64,000 bases of DNA from Psilocybe cubensis. Lineage: Eukaryota. The notes under the pieces were generated by a model. That model made no database searches and was not told the DNA's origin. It was given only the letters and a program-made list of their open reading frames with translations. Positions 13,807 to 26,910 of the stretch are shown here, one piece after another (the stretch's first letter is position 1; every line of letters starts with the position of its first letter). The stretch spans positions 2,108,001-2,172,000 of the forward strand of contig CM039001.1 in the NCBI GenBank assembly GCA_017499595.2, written 5' to 3'. The position numbers and the translations under genes are program-made.

Positions 13807-14048
13807 TTTTGACAATAACGAGATGTATTTTGAAGGAATATATGCCCTGAGGAAGTGTCAAAAGATTCAAGGTGCTACCAAGTACAGGCCGCCCGCATCA
13901 GAGTTGCCAGTGTCCATAACGGCTCACATACGCGGCGGTAGCTGTGATTGATCGGCAACGATGACGCTTGTTTGCGGATGTTAGGCTCAGGGGCACGCAA
14001 TTTGGCAGGCCGTCATTATTTTTGTATGCCAAGACTTGGTAAAGTTGA

Positions 14049-16734
14049 ATGGATCCTGCTAATCATCTTAAATATCTGCTGCAGTCGCAGCTGGCCACCG
14101 ATGTGTCTGCAATTCGATATCTTCCTTTTTGTCTTTCGACGTTGAATGAGGACTCCTTCCTTCCTTCCTCACATCTGACGAAATGGTCTACCCGAATACA
14201 ATCTCTTCTTCATTCCAAGGAGCCTGGGGCTCGTTGGGCTGGTCTTTGTATTGCATACAAATCATCCATGCTTTCACAAAAGTTTATGATTGACTCCGCT
14301 CAATCGTGGTTGACTATTGTAATGCCAATGCTTTCAGTCAGTATACTTGTTCCCATTTCTGCCATTTTCTAAATTCAAGGTTTTTTCAGAGAAACGAACC
14401 ACTTCCAACTCTCAAAGCCGCTATAAGACTTCTACGTGTTGTTTTCACTAAATCGTCGGAAATTACAGAATTTCAGAGACAAATCTGTTTACCGAATGTC
14501 GTCAAATTCACGCATGCAGTTATTGCGATCGCAGATAATCACAATGATTTGGAAGTAAAAGTAAGTGAAGTGCTTTCGCTACCGTTGGACAAAATAATTG
14601 ATCGAATTCATCAGATTTTGTGCTTAAATACTTTGTCATGCGTTATAAAACTCTATCCTACCGCACACAGAGCTTCAAACACGGTGCTTTCCGCCCTTGC
14701 CCTTCGTCACCTTAGCGGTTCCAGTCAGGGTCCAACCAGCAGCGAGTTATTAGAAGCAGCTTCCGGGTTTTTTGCTGTTCTACCTCTTACTGGAGGCAAA
14801 GTAGGGGCAATAAATTTATGGCGAAAATCATTTGATGAGACCCTTGCATTTGGGTTGGAAGCCTTCCACGCTCTCCGTACCACATTCCCTATAGGAGGCA
14901 AGTTATTTTCTCCAACGGAGTATGCTGTGTTCACAGAATCCTATAGGCCCAAATGTTCCTAGACCAATACTTGTCGATGAACCTCAGGTAGCAATTCCTC
15001 TCAATCAAGACCGATTGCACTGCAGCGTCGTAACCCTTCAAAAATTACTCAGGTAGAATTTCCCGAGTAGTATATATATATATATATGTCATGCTAACGT
15101 TAAATCAGTGCCCCTGTTCAGCGAACAGTGCAATTACCTATGGGGTCCCTCGTTAAGTTCATTGACAGTCTTATAGGCTGTTCGATGGACGAGGAGGTGT
15201 GTTGTCTAAAAATGGTCCTTACTACCCCATGTTGACAGAAAGCAGGTTGAAGGGTTTATCGATCCTTCTGTTAGGTCTATGGAGGTTTCCATAGTTTCTG
15301 AGATATGGAATCTAGGCTATCAACTCCTTGCAAGCGTAGCAGAACAGTTGGTAACATCTAAAATTTTCAGACCATCAGTTAAATTTTTGTGACAGGTTTA
15401 AATACCGCCTGGATCCTCATGCTACTAGACTGTTATCGATAATAGCGTTCCGCCTTGAGCAAAAACTCGATGGGTACGTTACTCTCAATGCAAGGTATTG
15501 AAGGTACCCATCATTGATTTTTGAAAAGGTTCCAAAGGCTCTGCCTTCTCAATGCTCTGGACTCTCTTTTGAATAACTGCCATACAGTGGATTCCACCAT
15601 TTTACCCATCAGATTGGCTAAATCTGCTTTATATTCGATCACCAAGATCCTCTCGTCCTCCAACAGAGCAACGAATCAAGTCGAACCATCTTCAAGCCAG
15701 AAGAAGAACGGCAAAAAACGATCACGAAACTTCGAAGGAGACGAAGTTTTCAAGGTCACTCGTCCGGTTATTTATGCCTCAAAAGAGGACAGTGACGCTT
15801 TGTTAGTTTCTATTGATGGTAAGTTAATAGCCAGTTTTTTATCAAACAGAAGGTTTGCTAAATTTTGTAACAGTTGTCCAGTCGCTGCTCAGGAATCCCC
15901 ATCTATCTTCTTCAATGCAGTCTATCATTGCACGACTAATTACGTCCGTTCTCATGACACTCCCCAGGATGTCATTTTCGACATTGTCTGGAGACCCCAC
16001 CTTTTTTGAACTGGTCAGCGCTAAAATCCAACGTCTGAGCTTTAGGATAGGCTCTGGCACAACTAGTGTCATGAGTAAAACATTGCCTTTTGTAATTGAG
16101 GCAGCCCTTGCCAACAGCAATTCAGAGGTTTGTCGACTACCAATAACACTTGCAAAATTTTGACTTAATATTTTTTTTCTAGATCCAGCATGATATTGGG
16201 ATGCTCATTCATCCCCGTGTACCACCGTTGGTACGATCAATGCCTCATATCGAAGCCCTTTCCCTTTTCAAGGTGGAGGAATCTCTAGAAGAGACCGAAA
16301 ACTTATCATCGTTGGGAATAGCAAACATACATTTACATCCACATCAAATTGATGAACAGCGAAAGGATGTTTCCATGGAGGACAGCAGTATGCCAGAAGC
16401 TTCTATTCTAATAGATTCCAAGCAGACTGTACACCATGTGCCACATAGTGAAGGAATCTTAACCATCGACCATGAAGATTCGACTTTCGTTTCCTGCGAA
16501 GAAAATGAATCGCAGAAAAATGCTCCACCCATAGAGCTCGCCAACTTTGAGGATACAAGCAAAGCGATTCCGGCATCTAGTACAAAATTTCCGACTCTCA
16601 ACCACACCGCACAAGGAGACATGGCACCAAATCTACGGTCGATTGCATTCACTGTTGATGATGATGAACAAGACGAGGACAAGGATATGCCTGTCATTGA
16701 CATGGACTCGGACTCGGAAGACGAAGATGATTAA
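14049..16734 (+). CDS. RIX1: Pre-60S processing protein Rix1/PELP1-like
   Basis: N-terminal KWSTRIQSLLHSKEPGARWAGLCI, helical-repeat body, LIHPRVPPLVR, acidic tail DMPVIDMDSDSEDEDD. Confidence 0.78.
15071..15087. repeat. (TA)8 microsatellite inside a Rix1 intron
   Basis: tatatatatatatatat between a GT donor near 15053 and a branch/acceptor near 15108. Confidence 0.9.
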
Positions 16735-16781
16735 TTGATTGATACACTTTGGAAAATACGTCCTTGTCGCACATTGCAGCT

Positions 16782-17667
16782 CTACGCTCGCATTCGCTTC
16801 TTGTCGGGCAGAAGTTCCGTGAAGTCCATCGGTTCATCGTCGGAATCTTCTTGGACTGTTTGATTACCTTTTCGTAAATCGGTTATCTGTATTCGGGACC
16901 GTTAGTCTTATCGAATATCCTGACCAAACCACGGACCTTTTTTAGGAAGGCGAGGGCGACGCTGTTTGATGGATCTAGGGCCGTGGCGTGTTCAAAGTGG
17001 GTTTGGGAATCCCGAAGTAAAAGTTGATCATAGGCACCGAATTTGTCTAATGCAGAAAAAACAATCAATGAAGGCTATGATAGAAAAAAAAATTGAGTCG
17101 AACCGATATCAGACTGAGCAAGATATAGCGAAGAGAGTCCAGCGTAAATGTGAAGGGTTGGGTTATCTTGGTAAGGAAAGGAAGGTAAATATCTAGTAAA
17201 TCACGTTTCATGAGTGAGGCCAGGAAAAGTAAAAGGAATAATACAGCTCTAGCTCGTCTAAAGCACCTCTACAATTTCCTTGAAGTAGAAGGTGGAGGAT
17301 GAGTTCTTTGAGTATCGATTCACGCTGAGCAGTCTGTGAGTTTAATGGAATTATTCGAACAGGATCCGTTCCTTACATCGTCAGGGTGTTGGAGCATCAC
17401 AGCACGCAAATATTCGACAGATATTTGACTATTTTTTTCGCAATCTTTCCCTCCGAGAATGTGCAATCCGATGGGCCATAACGCTTTCCAATTGATCTCG
17501 CTACATCGAGCAAGAATTGCCCAGCACTTTTGCGCACGTTCAAAGTTGCATCTTTGGATACTCAATTGCAATAAATCATAAAGCCGTCGAAGGTGCACTT
17601 TCCGAGCTGTTGAAGGCTTTTTGGAATCCAAACCGGCGAAAAGGAATATATGGTCATCGGAAGACAT
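16782..17667 (-). CDS. RNA polymerase I core initiation factor subunit Rrn11/TAF1A-like (TPR-type)
   Basis: RKVHLRRLYDLLQLSIQRCNFERAQKCWAILAR, spliced ELYLPSFPYQDNPTLHIYAGL, TPR-like HFEHATALDPSN; last exon ends KKRMRA* (TAG 16782-16784). Confidence 0.6.
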
Positions 17668-17790
17668 TCAGACATCTGAAGCTGATCAGCAAACAACACC
17701 AAAGACCGCTACTGTTTGCCTTCTTCTGATTTACGATTTTTTGTTATACCACCACCTTTTCTTATAGTTAAGCGCCAACATTTTAGGGTT

Positions 17791-18941
17791 ATGGACGATG
17801 ATTTGACTTTCGGAGCTTCTGTCTGGGCAACAAGTGAACCTACAGAGTCTGATTCTGTTCTGAAATCAGAATCACGTTTAATTTCTCAATTCGATGACAA
17901 CACTTTCGACGACTTCGATGAATTTGGGGAACCGGAGGATGCTACAGGAACAGATTTAAAAGATGACGATTTTGGAGATTTCGAGAATGTAGACACAGGC
18001 CCGTCTACGAGTTTCCGCGACGTGCTTTTCGAGCCAGATGGTGCTACAGTTGGGTCCTCATCGCGACCCTGGCGTCCACTACACCTGGATCCACCCCTTT
18101 CTCGATCTGATTTGGAGTCTCAGATAAACGAAACTTTAGGTCCTATTTGGAATAACGAAGACCTCTCATCATTCACCTCTGATGACAGTATTCGGGAAGC
18201 AGAAGGGATTTCTCAAATCTTATGTACATCCAGCAGGTATGTACATGGTTTACTTTGTCCCCGTTACAAACCGTCATTTATCTGCCCTTTGGAGTCGTGA
18301 AATGTACATGATGTTACTGCAAACCCCACCTCCGACAAAACCTCCAAACTGGACTCGATCTCGTATACGTCGCCAACATCTGATAGCTCTAGGAATTCCA
18401 GTCAATCTTGATGAAGTACTTCCTCGAGCCAACGTTAAACCACTGCCGCCTCTCGAAATCCATACCCGTCCTATGTCTGCCCCTCCTGGATCCCGTAGCC
18501 AATACGGAAATAATAGTTCTGTATCGATGTCAAAGTCCAACTCAAGATCGGGGACCCCCCAACCTGGGCAGCAGGGCATATTTGCTCAATTCGGACCCAA
18601 ACCTGAGTTGGATACAACTCGCATCAACAAATTACTTCAGCTAAGCAGTGGTATGTTTAGGCTTTATTCTTACCTTCTATTCTGCTACTAAATCACGTAT
18701 AGAAACGCTGACTTTACAACCACTGGCCAATTTGGAACGATATCTTGCCGACATTCGCTTACAAACGGCAAACACCTCGAATTTGTTAACATATCTTCTC
18801 CAATCCCGAGATGCTTTGCAGCAAGATTCGGAGACATATAATGGCCTCATTGCAGAAATGGTGGGTGAGGCTCAAAAGCTGAAGTCAGGTAAACCGCCGA
18901 GTCGCATGGGCAGCATCCGAAGAGGAAGTGGCATCTCTTAG
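17791..18941 (+). CDS. Laa2/YBL010C-like (DUF5102) AP-1 accessory protein
   Basis: Acidic N-terminus with DDFDEFG and DDDFGDF motifs; conserved PPNWTRSRIRRQHLIALGIPVNLDEVLP; C-terminal coiled coil. Confidence 0.6.
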
Positions 18942-19781
18942 TTCAGGTTTCTTGAACTTCATTATTTCGCCTGTGCATCCACCAATTTGTCTATGCGACT
19001 TCCTTGCTGGCACGTTGGATGACAAGAAATATGATTCCTTTGGTTAATCCTAATGTCGGTCTATAATCTCAGCGCGGAGGGACCTTGTGATATTGGGCTC
19101 GTGTATCAGTTGATGGGTTACTGTGGGGTTAAGTGCGAATAGAAACAAATGGAGAACCTCACAAAACGCGCTCTTTGAAGGAAACGGAGACACGACGGGA
19201 AGAGACCAATGTCTTCTGGAAATTTAGTTGAGGGTGATGACAACGCCAAGTTCCCATGAAGGCCAATATAAAAGTTATCAAAATGGTGTTGTCAGGTGTT
19301 TATATTAGTGATAGACAACTAGGGCATTCTGGTGGATGCTGATGCAAATTCCAAATAGCCAGTGCCACGATCTGTACATGTAATATCGCGTGCACTGTGT
19401 GTTTTGTGCGTATTCGGGATTACATACAGTGACGTTTTGATCTTTCAGCACAACCCATGTTATATGCCGAAGCCCTTGCACCCGAGAGGTGAGATAGGTC
19501 ACAAAGTAGATAAAAGGTTTAAATTAATGACTTGATTAATAGTAAGTAGAAACAAACGCCTGTGAATTTCAACTTCGAAGATGTCTAATGTGTCGCTTCC
19601 AGTTGACCACGTGATCTTACAAAAAGTTTGTGATCGCGACTTCTTAGCAGGTGTCTACTGTACCATCATTTATCGTTCTGTCGCCTACATCGTCTCCTCG
19701 ACGCCCTTCATACATGTCGATTCATATTTGACTCTAAACACAAAATTTTAGGTCCCCATAAAGTTTCACTGCATCTCTGTG

Positions 19782-22700
19782 ATGAATATCGCGCATTCAT
19801 TACCATCTACCGTTACTGGTGTATCATTCTCCTTCCTCACTTCGGATGACATTCGAAGGATCTCTGTCAAGCAAATAGTCAACCCCGTTCTCCTTGACGA
19901 CTTGAACAGGCCAAATATTGGAGGTCTGTATGATCCTGCTCTTGGGCCGAGCGACCGTTCAGACATGTGAGCTCATTTATTGATTAAATTGTATTTTATA
20001 CTGACTGATGCTGCAGCTGTGCGACATGTCATCTCACGTACTTTACATGCCCTGGACACTACGGGCACATAGAACTACCCGCTCCTGTATTCCACCCACT
20101 GTTTATGGGAAATATGTTCAATCTCTTACGAGGGACTTGTATGTTTTGCCATAGATTCAAAATGAGCCGTACTGCTGTATGTCCAAACTATCTTACGCTA
20201 CTGAGCACGACAATTATTAATATTAAATGCCAGCTTTGGAAATTTTTGGCTAAACTTCGATTGTTAGAACGCGGATTACTTGAGGCAGCTCATGGCGTTG
20301 ACGATATTAGACTAAGAGTCAAACAAAAGAAAATGAAAACTTCCAAGGGCGATGAAGGAGAGGATGCGATCGACGACGACAAGGACTCCGACGTTCCAGA
20401 TGAAGCGCCCCATGAATTTATGGCTAGACTTAACCTTTATGTCGCTATTCACCTTGCCCGATCGCCGACGAGTACTCGTGATTGTTATAAAGATGGTCTG
20501 ATATACCAGACACGAAAAGATTTGATCAACGAGTTTTTGAAGGCGTGTATTTCAAAAAAATGCCAAAACGAGGATTGTGGATGGTATGCTTACAGGTTTT
20601 CAGTTTTGAACAGTGTTAACCGATATTTCCAGTGTGGCTTATACATATCGCAAAGAAGGTCACATTAAAGTCATTGAATACGATCTCTCCGCCCGTCAAA
20701 AGGCTCAGCTGTCTCGGAAGCGGCCTGATGTTCTCCTAGCAGAAAAGTCAGACACCCTCGCTTCTCGACATCCCCGGGAACATGTCATCAACGAGGATGC
20801 TGAAATGAGATCAAGCGATGACGAAGATGACGAAGACACGGACGATGAGCTTGCGGGGGAAGATGTTATGAGTGAAGCAGATAAAGGGCAGGAGGCCAGT
20901 CTCCCTAGAGCTGCCAATGGAAAAGTCAAGACACTCAGAGGGCGCAATGAACGCGTAGTTGCCCCTGAGGAATGTCGCGCTCATTTGCGACGATTATTCA
21001 AAAACGAAGCTGTCATGTGCGCGTTGTTATTTGGAAGACATGGCCCCTTTGCCCCACTTTCTGCCGACCAACTCTCATTTGCATCTGCCGATATGTTTTT
21101 CATGGATGTTCTCCCGGTGTCGCCAACACGTTTCCGACCTCCTGCAAAAATGGGCGAAACTTTATTCGAGCATCCTCAAAATGAATTGCTTTCAAGAGTT
21201 CTGCAAACTTCCTATCGTATGCGAGATATCACTATCAGTCTTCGTGAAGCCTCACAGAAAGGTCCTGATTACGATGCGTCTGCAAGAAAAGCTGTTATGG
21301 GTGCCTTGCTAGAAAGATTGGTTCAGCTCCAAATTGATGTAAATAGCTTTATGGATAGTAGTAAAAATCCTCAAATCGTTCGGCAAGGCAAGCTGCCTCC
21401 TGCGGGTGTCAAGCAAGGTTTGGAAAAAAAGGAGGGGTTGTTTAGGAAGCACATGATGGTTCGTGGTTCTGTGATTACTGTGTTCAAGGCTTACAGACGT
21501 GTAATCTTGTTCAGGGTAAACGGGTCAACTATGCTGCACGATCAGTCATCTCTCCCGACGTCAATATTGAACCCAATGAAATCGGTATTCCCCCAGTTTT
21601 CGCAAGGAAACTCACATTCCCCGAACCTGTTACTCCATCTAATTTCCATGAAATGAGGCAACTTGTAATAACGGGTCCTCATGGTTATCCTGGAGCTGCG
21701 ATTGTGGAATATGAGGATGGACATCAGCAGTCTCTGGTAATTATTTCGCTTTCGTATAACGATCTCTTCTAATCTTTTAATAGGACAAACTATCCGTTGA
21801 ACAACGCACAGCCATCGCAAATCAATTGCTTACGCCCCAAGAAGGGGAGAGGGTCACTACTGGACGTCATGGGTTATATACTAGGACTATTGCCGTTAAC
21901 AAAAAGGTGTATCGACACCTTCGTGATGGAGATATTCTCATTTTGAATCGTCAACCCACATTGCACAAGCCAAGTATGATGACCCATAAGGCCCGTGTGT
22001 TAAAAGGAGAGAAGACCATTCGCATGCACTATGCTAACTGGTGAGTAGCCATACTTTGGGAGTAACATCTTCGATTTAATGCACCCTTGTCGTAGCAATT
22101 CTTACAATGGTGAGCATGAATAAGATCATATTTCTGTATTGTCAATATTCAATCAAAACCTCAACCCCAGCCGACTTCGATGGTGATGGTAAGTTTTTCA
22201 GTCGTAAAGGCGCATTTAACGTTGAATAAAATCCATCGTATCTAGAAATGAATATCCATTTCCCTCGTAAGATTTAATAATTTCTGTGATGTGTTACGTG
22301 CTAATAGAGTCTCAGAAAACCATGTTGCGCGTGCGGAAGCGATGATGATCGCAAACACAGATAATCAATATCTTGTACCAACCTCTGGAAATCCAATTCG
22401 TGGCCTCATTCAAGATCACGTTGTTGCTGGTGTTTGGATGACTAGTCAAAATAGCTTTTTCAACCGAGAAGAATATCACCAATTGCTTTATGGCGCGCTT
22501 CGACCTGAAGATGAAGTTGACCCAGGAACTCGACTACTAACTCTCCCTCCCGCCATATGGAAACCTAAACCTCTCTGGACAGGGAAACAGATCGTGAGCG
22601 CGTGTTGTCATGTAATAGTTATCGGCCCTGATATCTATTCAGATTTCTACAGTGATGAAGAATTTGACACCCAGGCAATTTGACGGGCTTAATTTGAATG

Positions 22701-25700
22701 CGAAGACCAAAGTTCCGGGGAAATTATGGGGCCAAGATTCCAAAGAGGACAGGGTCGTGTTCTTGGACGGCGAATTACTATGTGGTGTCCTCGATAAAGC
22801 GGCGTTCGGCGCTTCCGATTATGGTCTTGTTCATTCGGTTTACGAGCTATATGGATCTGATATCGCAGGGAAACTTCTCGGAGTGCTCAGCCGACTCTTC
22901 ACGAAGTTCCTTCAACATCGCGCATTTACATGCAGGATGGATGATCTTATGCTGACTCCAACTGGAGACGAACGACGTAACGAACTACTGGCAAAGGGGA
23001 AGAATTTGGGCCCAGAGGGTGCTATTGAGAATTTCCCCTCACTTAGCACAACACCCATGGCAGACATACCTGCAACGCTCCGGTCGCTGCTAGAAGACGT
23101 TCTCAGAGACGACACAAAGATGGCTGGTTTAGATATGACCGTCAAGACCAAGCTTTCTAAACTTACCTCTTCAATCTCTGATGCTTGCTTACCTGATGGC
23201 CTCCTCCGCCAATTCCCTTATAACCACATGCAAACCATGACTTTATCCGGTGCTAAAGGTTCTGCCGTCAATGTTCGTCAAATATCTTGTGCGCTGGGCC
23301 AACAGGAATTGGAAGGCCGTCGTGTTCCGGTGATGGTCAGCGGTAAAACACTTCCTTCATTCCGCCCCTTTGAAACAAAGGCTATCGCTGGTGGTTACGT
23401 CGCCAGTCGTTTCTTGACTGGCATCAAGCCCCAGGAATTCTATTTTCATTGTATGGCTGGGCGAGAAGGCCTCATTGATACTGCTGTCAAGACATCTAGG
23501 TCTGGATATCTGCAAAGATGTCTGATCAAACATCTGGAAGGCATCCGGGTTCATTACGATAATACTGTTCGAGGAAGCGACAACTCCATCTATCAATTTG
23601 CATACGGAGGTGATGCTCTCGACGTTACCAAGCAGAAACACCTATACCAATTCGACTTCATCGTGCAAAACAATAAATCCTTCGCTCGTCGCTTAAAACC
23701 TTATGTGTTGTCTGATGTTGTTGATCTCAAGACAGCAGTATCGTATATGAAAAAAGTTTTGAAGAAGTCCAACGACGCACGTCCTAATCGGAAGACAACT
23801 AAGAGAGATCAATATGATCCCGCCCTATCTTTGTTTAATCCAGTCCAATACTTGGGGAGTACATCAGAGGAGTTCGCGAGTGCAGTTGATGAATACGTCA
23901 AATCCAATCCAAGCAAGTTATTGGAAGACCCTGATTCAACACCCTTTTACAAATGTCGGAAAGAACCAATGCTTCCACGGAACTTTAGAACTTTGATGAA
24001 TGCAAAGTATATGAGAAGTCTAGTGGAACCTGGTGAAGCCGTTGGTCTTCTTGCTTCCCAAGGGTATGTTGTTATTAAGTTCCCCCAACCATAGTTCACA
24101 TATCTACATTTATAGTGTTGGCGAGCCTTCAACTCAGATGACCCTCAACACCTTCCATTTTGCTGGTAAGTGCGCACGCGGTAAATTACAATTCAATCTT
24201 AAATTTCTTTCTAGGCCACGGTGCTGCCAATGTTACATTGGGTATTCCTCGTCTTCGAGAAATTGTCATGACTGCCTCTCAGAAACCAAAAACACCTTCA
24301 ATGTCCATGAAAGTCCGTCCTGGCACCTCGTCAGAAGACATCAGCCTGTTCTGCAAAAGAGCAAGTCGGGTCACCCTATCTCAGGTGGTTGACAGTGTGA
24401 CTGTTCAAGAACAGTTGCGAACTGAAGGGGACGCTCGCCGCACTCAGTTTACCGTTGATCTGAATTTCTACCCTAAGCACGAATATCAAGAAGAGTACGA
24501 CATCGAACCGGAGGAAATCCTTGCTGCGCTTGGTGTCAAATTCCCTCTCACTCTGAAAAAAGAGATGCTTTCCGAAATGAAGAAGCTAGATGCAGATCTC
24601 AAAAGCCAAATGGCTCAACTGGGCCAAGGCAAAAAGGTCAAATCTAAAGAGGCCGACACAGGGAATGACGATGAGGAAGAAGTTGCTCCAAGGAAAAGGA
24701 AAGACAATGACGAAGGCAGTGAAGTGGGTGATGGCGATGCAGATGACGCCAAACACAGTAGGCAGAGGAAGCAACAAGCGACATATGAGAGTGACGACGA
24801 AGAGGATGAAGAAGAAATCGGTGCTTACGATGATGCTGCTATTGAGGCGGAATATGCAAGCGGATCCGAGAGTGCTGATCAATTACCAAAGAAATCGAAG
24901 TCATCTTTTAAAGACCTTGTTAGTCGTGCCTCCGACCTCTTCCAACGCCATATGCAACACTGTATATCTTTTGATTTTGAGGAATCGAAGTGTTCCTTCA
25001 AACTCGAAGTAATTCATTTTTTTGATCCCTTATCATACCATTACTAATATCTTCGCAGTTTCCTCCGGACATGCCCAAATTGCTTTTCGTCGGTATTGTA
25101 GAACGTGCTTGCCGGTCCACAATTATCCGCCAAATTCCAGGAATTACCGACTGTTTCCAAGTCAAACAGGATAATCAAAAGGGCGGGGAACCAGAAATTA
25201 AGGTAACATACCTTACATTGTTGGTGGTTTGTGTCTAATCATTGCTCTAGCTTACGACCAACGGTTCAAATCTCCAAGGGATATGGGATTTCGCCTGCAG
25301 CTCCGAAGAAAGCATATTAGAAGACGATGAGATATACTCGAACGACATTTATGCCATTCTCAAAACATACGGCGTCGAGATGGCTCGCGCCGCTATTTTA
25401 AAAGAAATGAAAGGAATTTTTGCGGTTTACAGCATCGACGTCAATAAACGCCATCTTGAACTCATCGCTGATTACATGGTACGTTTCAGAGATAAAACTT
25501 GCTCAAAATTTTGTGTGCTGATAGTTGCAGACTTTCGATGGCGGGTATAAACCATTTAATCGCAAGGGAATCTCCACCAACCCATCTCCATTATTAAAAG
25601 CATCGTATGAGACCACGGCAGCATTCCTGTCCGACGCCACTCTGTATGGCGATTTCGACGACTTGACAACGCCCTCTGGTAATATCGTTCTTGGGAGGCC

Positions 25701-25761
25701 AAACGCGACTGGAACAGGGGTGTTCGATATAGTAATACCAACCGTCCCTTTGACGAAGTAG
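19782..25761 (+). CDS. RPA190: DNA-directed RNA polymerase I largest subunit
   Basis: [60 protein letters not shown], spliced [58 protein letters not shown]. Confidence 0.98.
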
Positions 25762-25811
25762 AAGTATATTATCTAGCTAAAAGTAATATAGCATGTAATT
25801 GTTCTGACATT

Positions 25812-25848
25812 TCGCGTTATGTCACGCGACTGTGACAGTGCCACGCGG
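25812..25848. promoter_or_regulatory. Cluster of three CGCG-core (MCB-like) elements upstream of the 25954 gene
   Basis: tcgcgt (25812), acgcga (25824), acgcgg (25843) within 37 bp, about 105-140 bp before the ATG. Confidence 0.4.
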
Positions 25849-25953
25849 TCGTCGCATTGTTCGAGTTGGAAAAGATGAACTGTTGACAAAATAACCGTCT
25901 TTCATCTCTACCCCACCCGCCGTTCACTTTGCAGACTATTCTCCCGCCACACT

Positions 25954-26910
25954 ATGCAGCGACCAGGTCCACTGCAAGAGCTACCTCTAGAACGCTTTTT
26001 GCCTTCACATCCCAGTACCCAACCGGCTGCCGTCAAACCGATCAGAAGTAACAAACGCCCGCTTTCTCCGGGCGGCCCTTCTCTCTTCAGTCCAACAAAA
26101 CGTCGAATCCTGAACGATGAAGGCGTATATTCTCCTGATAAGACGTGCAAAATTCCACTGCCGTCTCTTTCAAGTTCGCCAGCTCGCTTCAGTCGTGTCC
26201 TTGCCGGTCCCGCCAGTCCAGCCCGAGTACTGGATTTTGGATTACCACAACATGTCTACGGCGACCCTCAAAAACCCACAATCTCTAGGATCTCGTCAAT
26301 TGAAATCATGGCAGTTGAAACCTCATCCTCCTCTACACATCTCGCCTCCTCACCAGAGTTGAAGGTCAGGAAGGCTAAACCAACACAACGCCCACCATCT
26401 GCTGGCCTCCCATCGGATTTCGATAACAATGGACATGAACAGGACATTTTCGGTACTGGACCTTCTGCCGCTTTCAGCCAATTCATTGCGCGTGAACTCC
26501 CCCCTCAACCTGATCTAGATTCTGTTCATTATCCAGGTTTTCGTGTGTTCCAAGATCCATACGTTACCGTCTTTCGAACAACGGAAGAAGAAGATTTGCG
26601 CTCTGCTTGCATTGTAGAAGTTGATGCGCAAAAGGAAAATTTACCGCCTCGACGCAAACCGCGGAAAGTGGAAACGGATTTGAAGGCAGCTCAAGATCTG
26701 TCGCACTGTGACACAACGACGCCGAAGAAAATGAACCAAACACCGAAGAGGATGGAATCTTGGGGGAGTGCAGAACTTTCGTCAACAATTGCGAGGAATA
26801 TGTTCAGAATTTCTACTCCCTCAACGACTTCGCGACAGGGGCAAAAATCACCACTACAGATGATGAAGGACGAAATGGATGTCGTAGATGATGACTCAAG
26901 CGACGAGTGA
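25954..26910 (+). CDS. Intronless disordered protein with KEN box and multiple CDK consensus sites
   Basis: 318-aa ORF; QKENLPP; SPTK, SPDK, SPAR x2, TPKK, TPKR; short conserved-looking HYPGFRVFQD block. Confidence 0.75.
   Translation: MQRPGPLQELPLERFLPSHPSTQPAAVKPIRSNKRPLSPGGPSLFSPTKRRILNDEGVYSPDKTCKIPLPSLSSSPARFSRVLAGPASPARVLDFGLPQHVYGDPQKPTISRISSIEIMAVETSSSSTHLASSPELKVRKAKPTQRPPSAGLPSDFDNNGHEQDIFGTGPSAAFSQFIARELPPQPDLDSVHYPGFRVFQDPYVTVFRTTEEEDLRSACIVEVDAQKENLPPRRKPRKVETDLKAAQDLSHCDTTTPKKMNQTPKRMESWGSAELSSTIARNMFRISTPSTTSRQGQKSPLQMMKDEMDVVDDDSSDE

Noticed and set aside
19234-19345. GTGATGA box C-like motif and an 11-bp hairpin (tgacaacgcca / tggtgttgtca) downstream of the Laa2-like gene
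   Set aside because: No terminal stem or identifiable guide; compatible with chance in a 3' UTR or intergenic region
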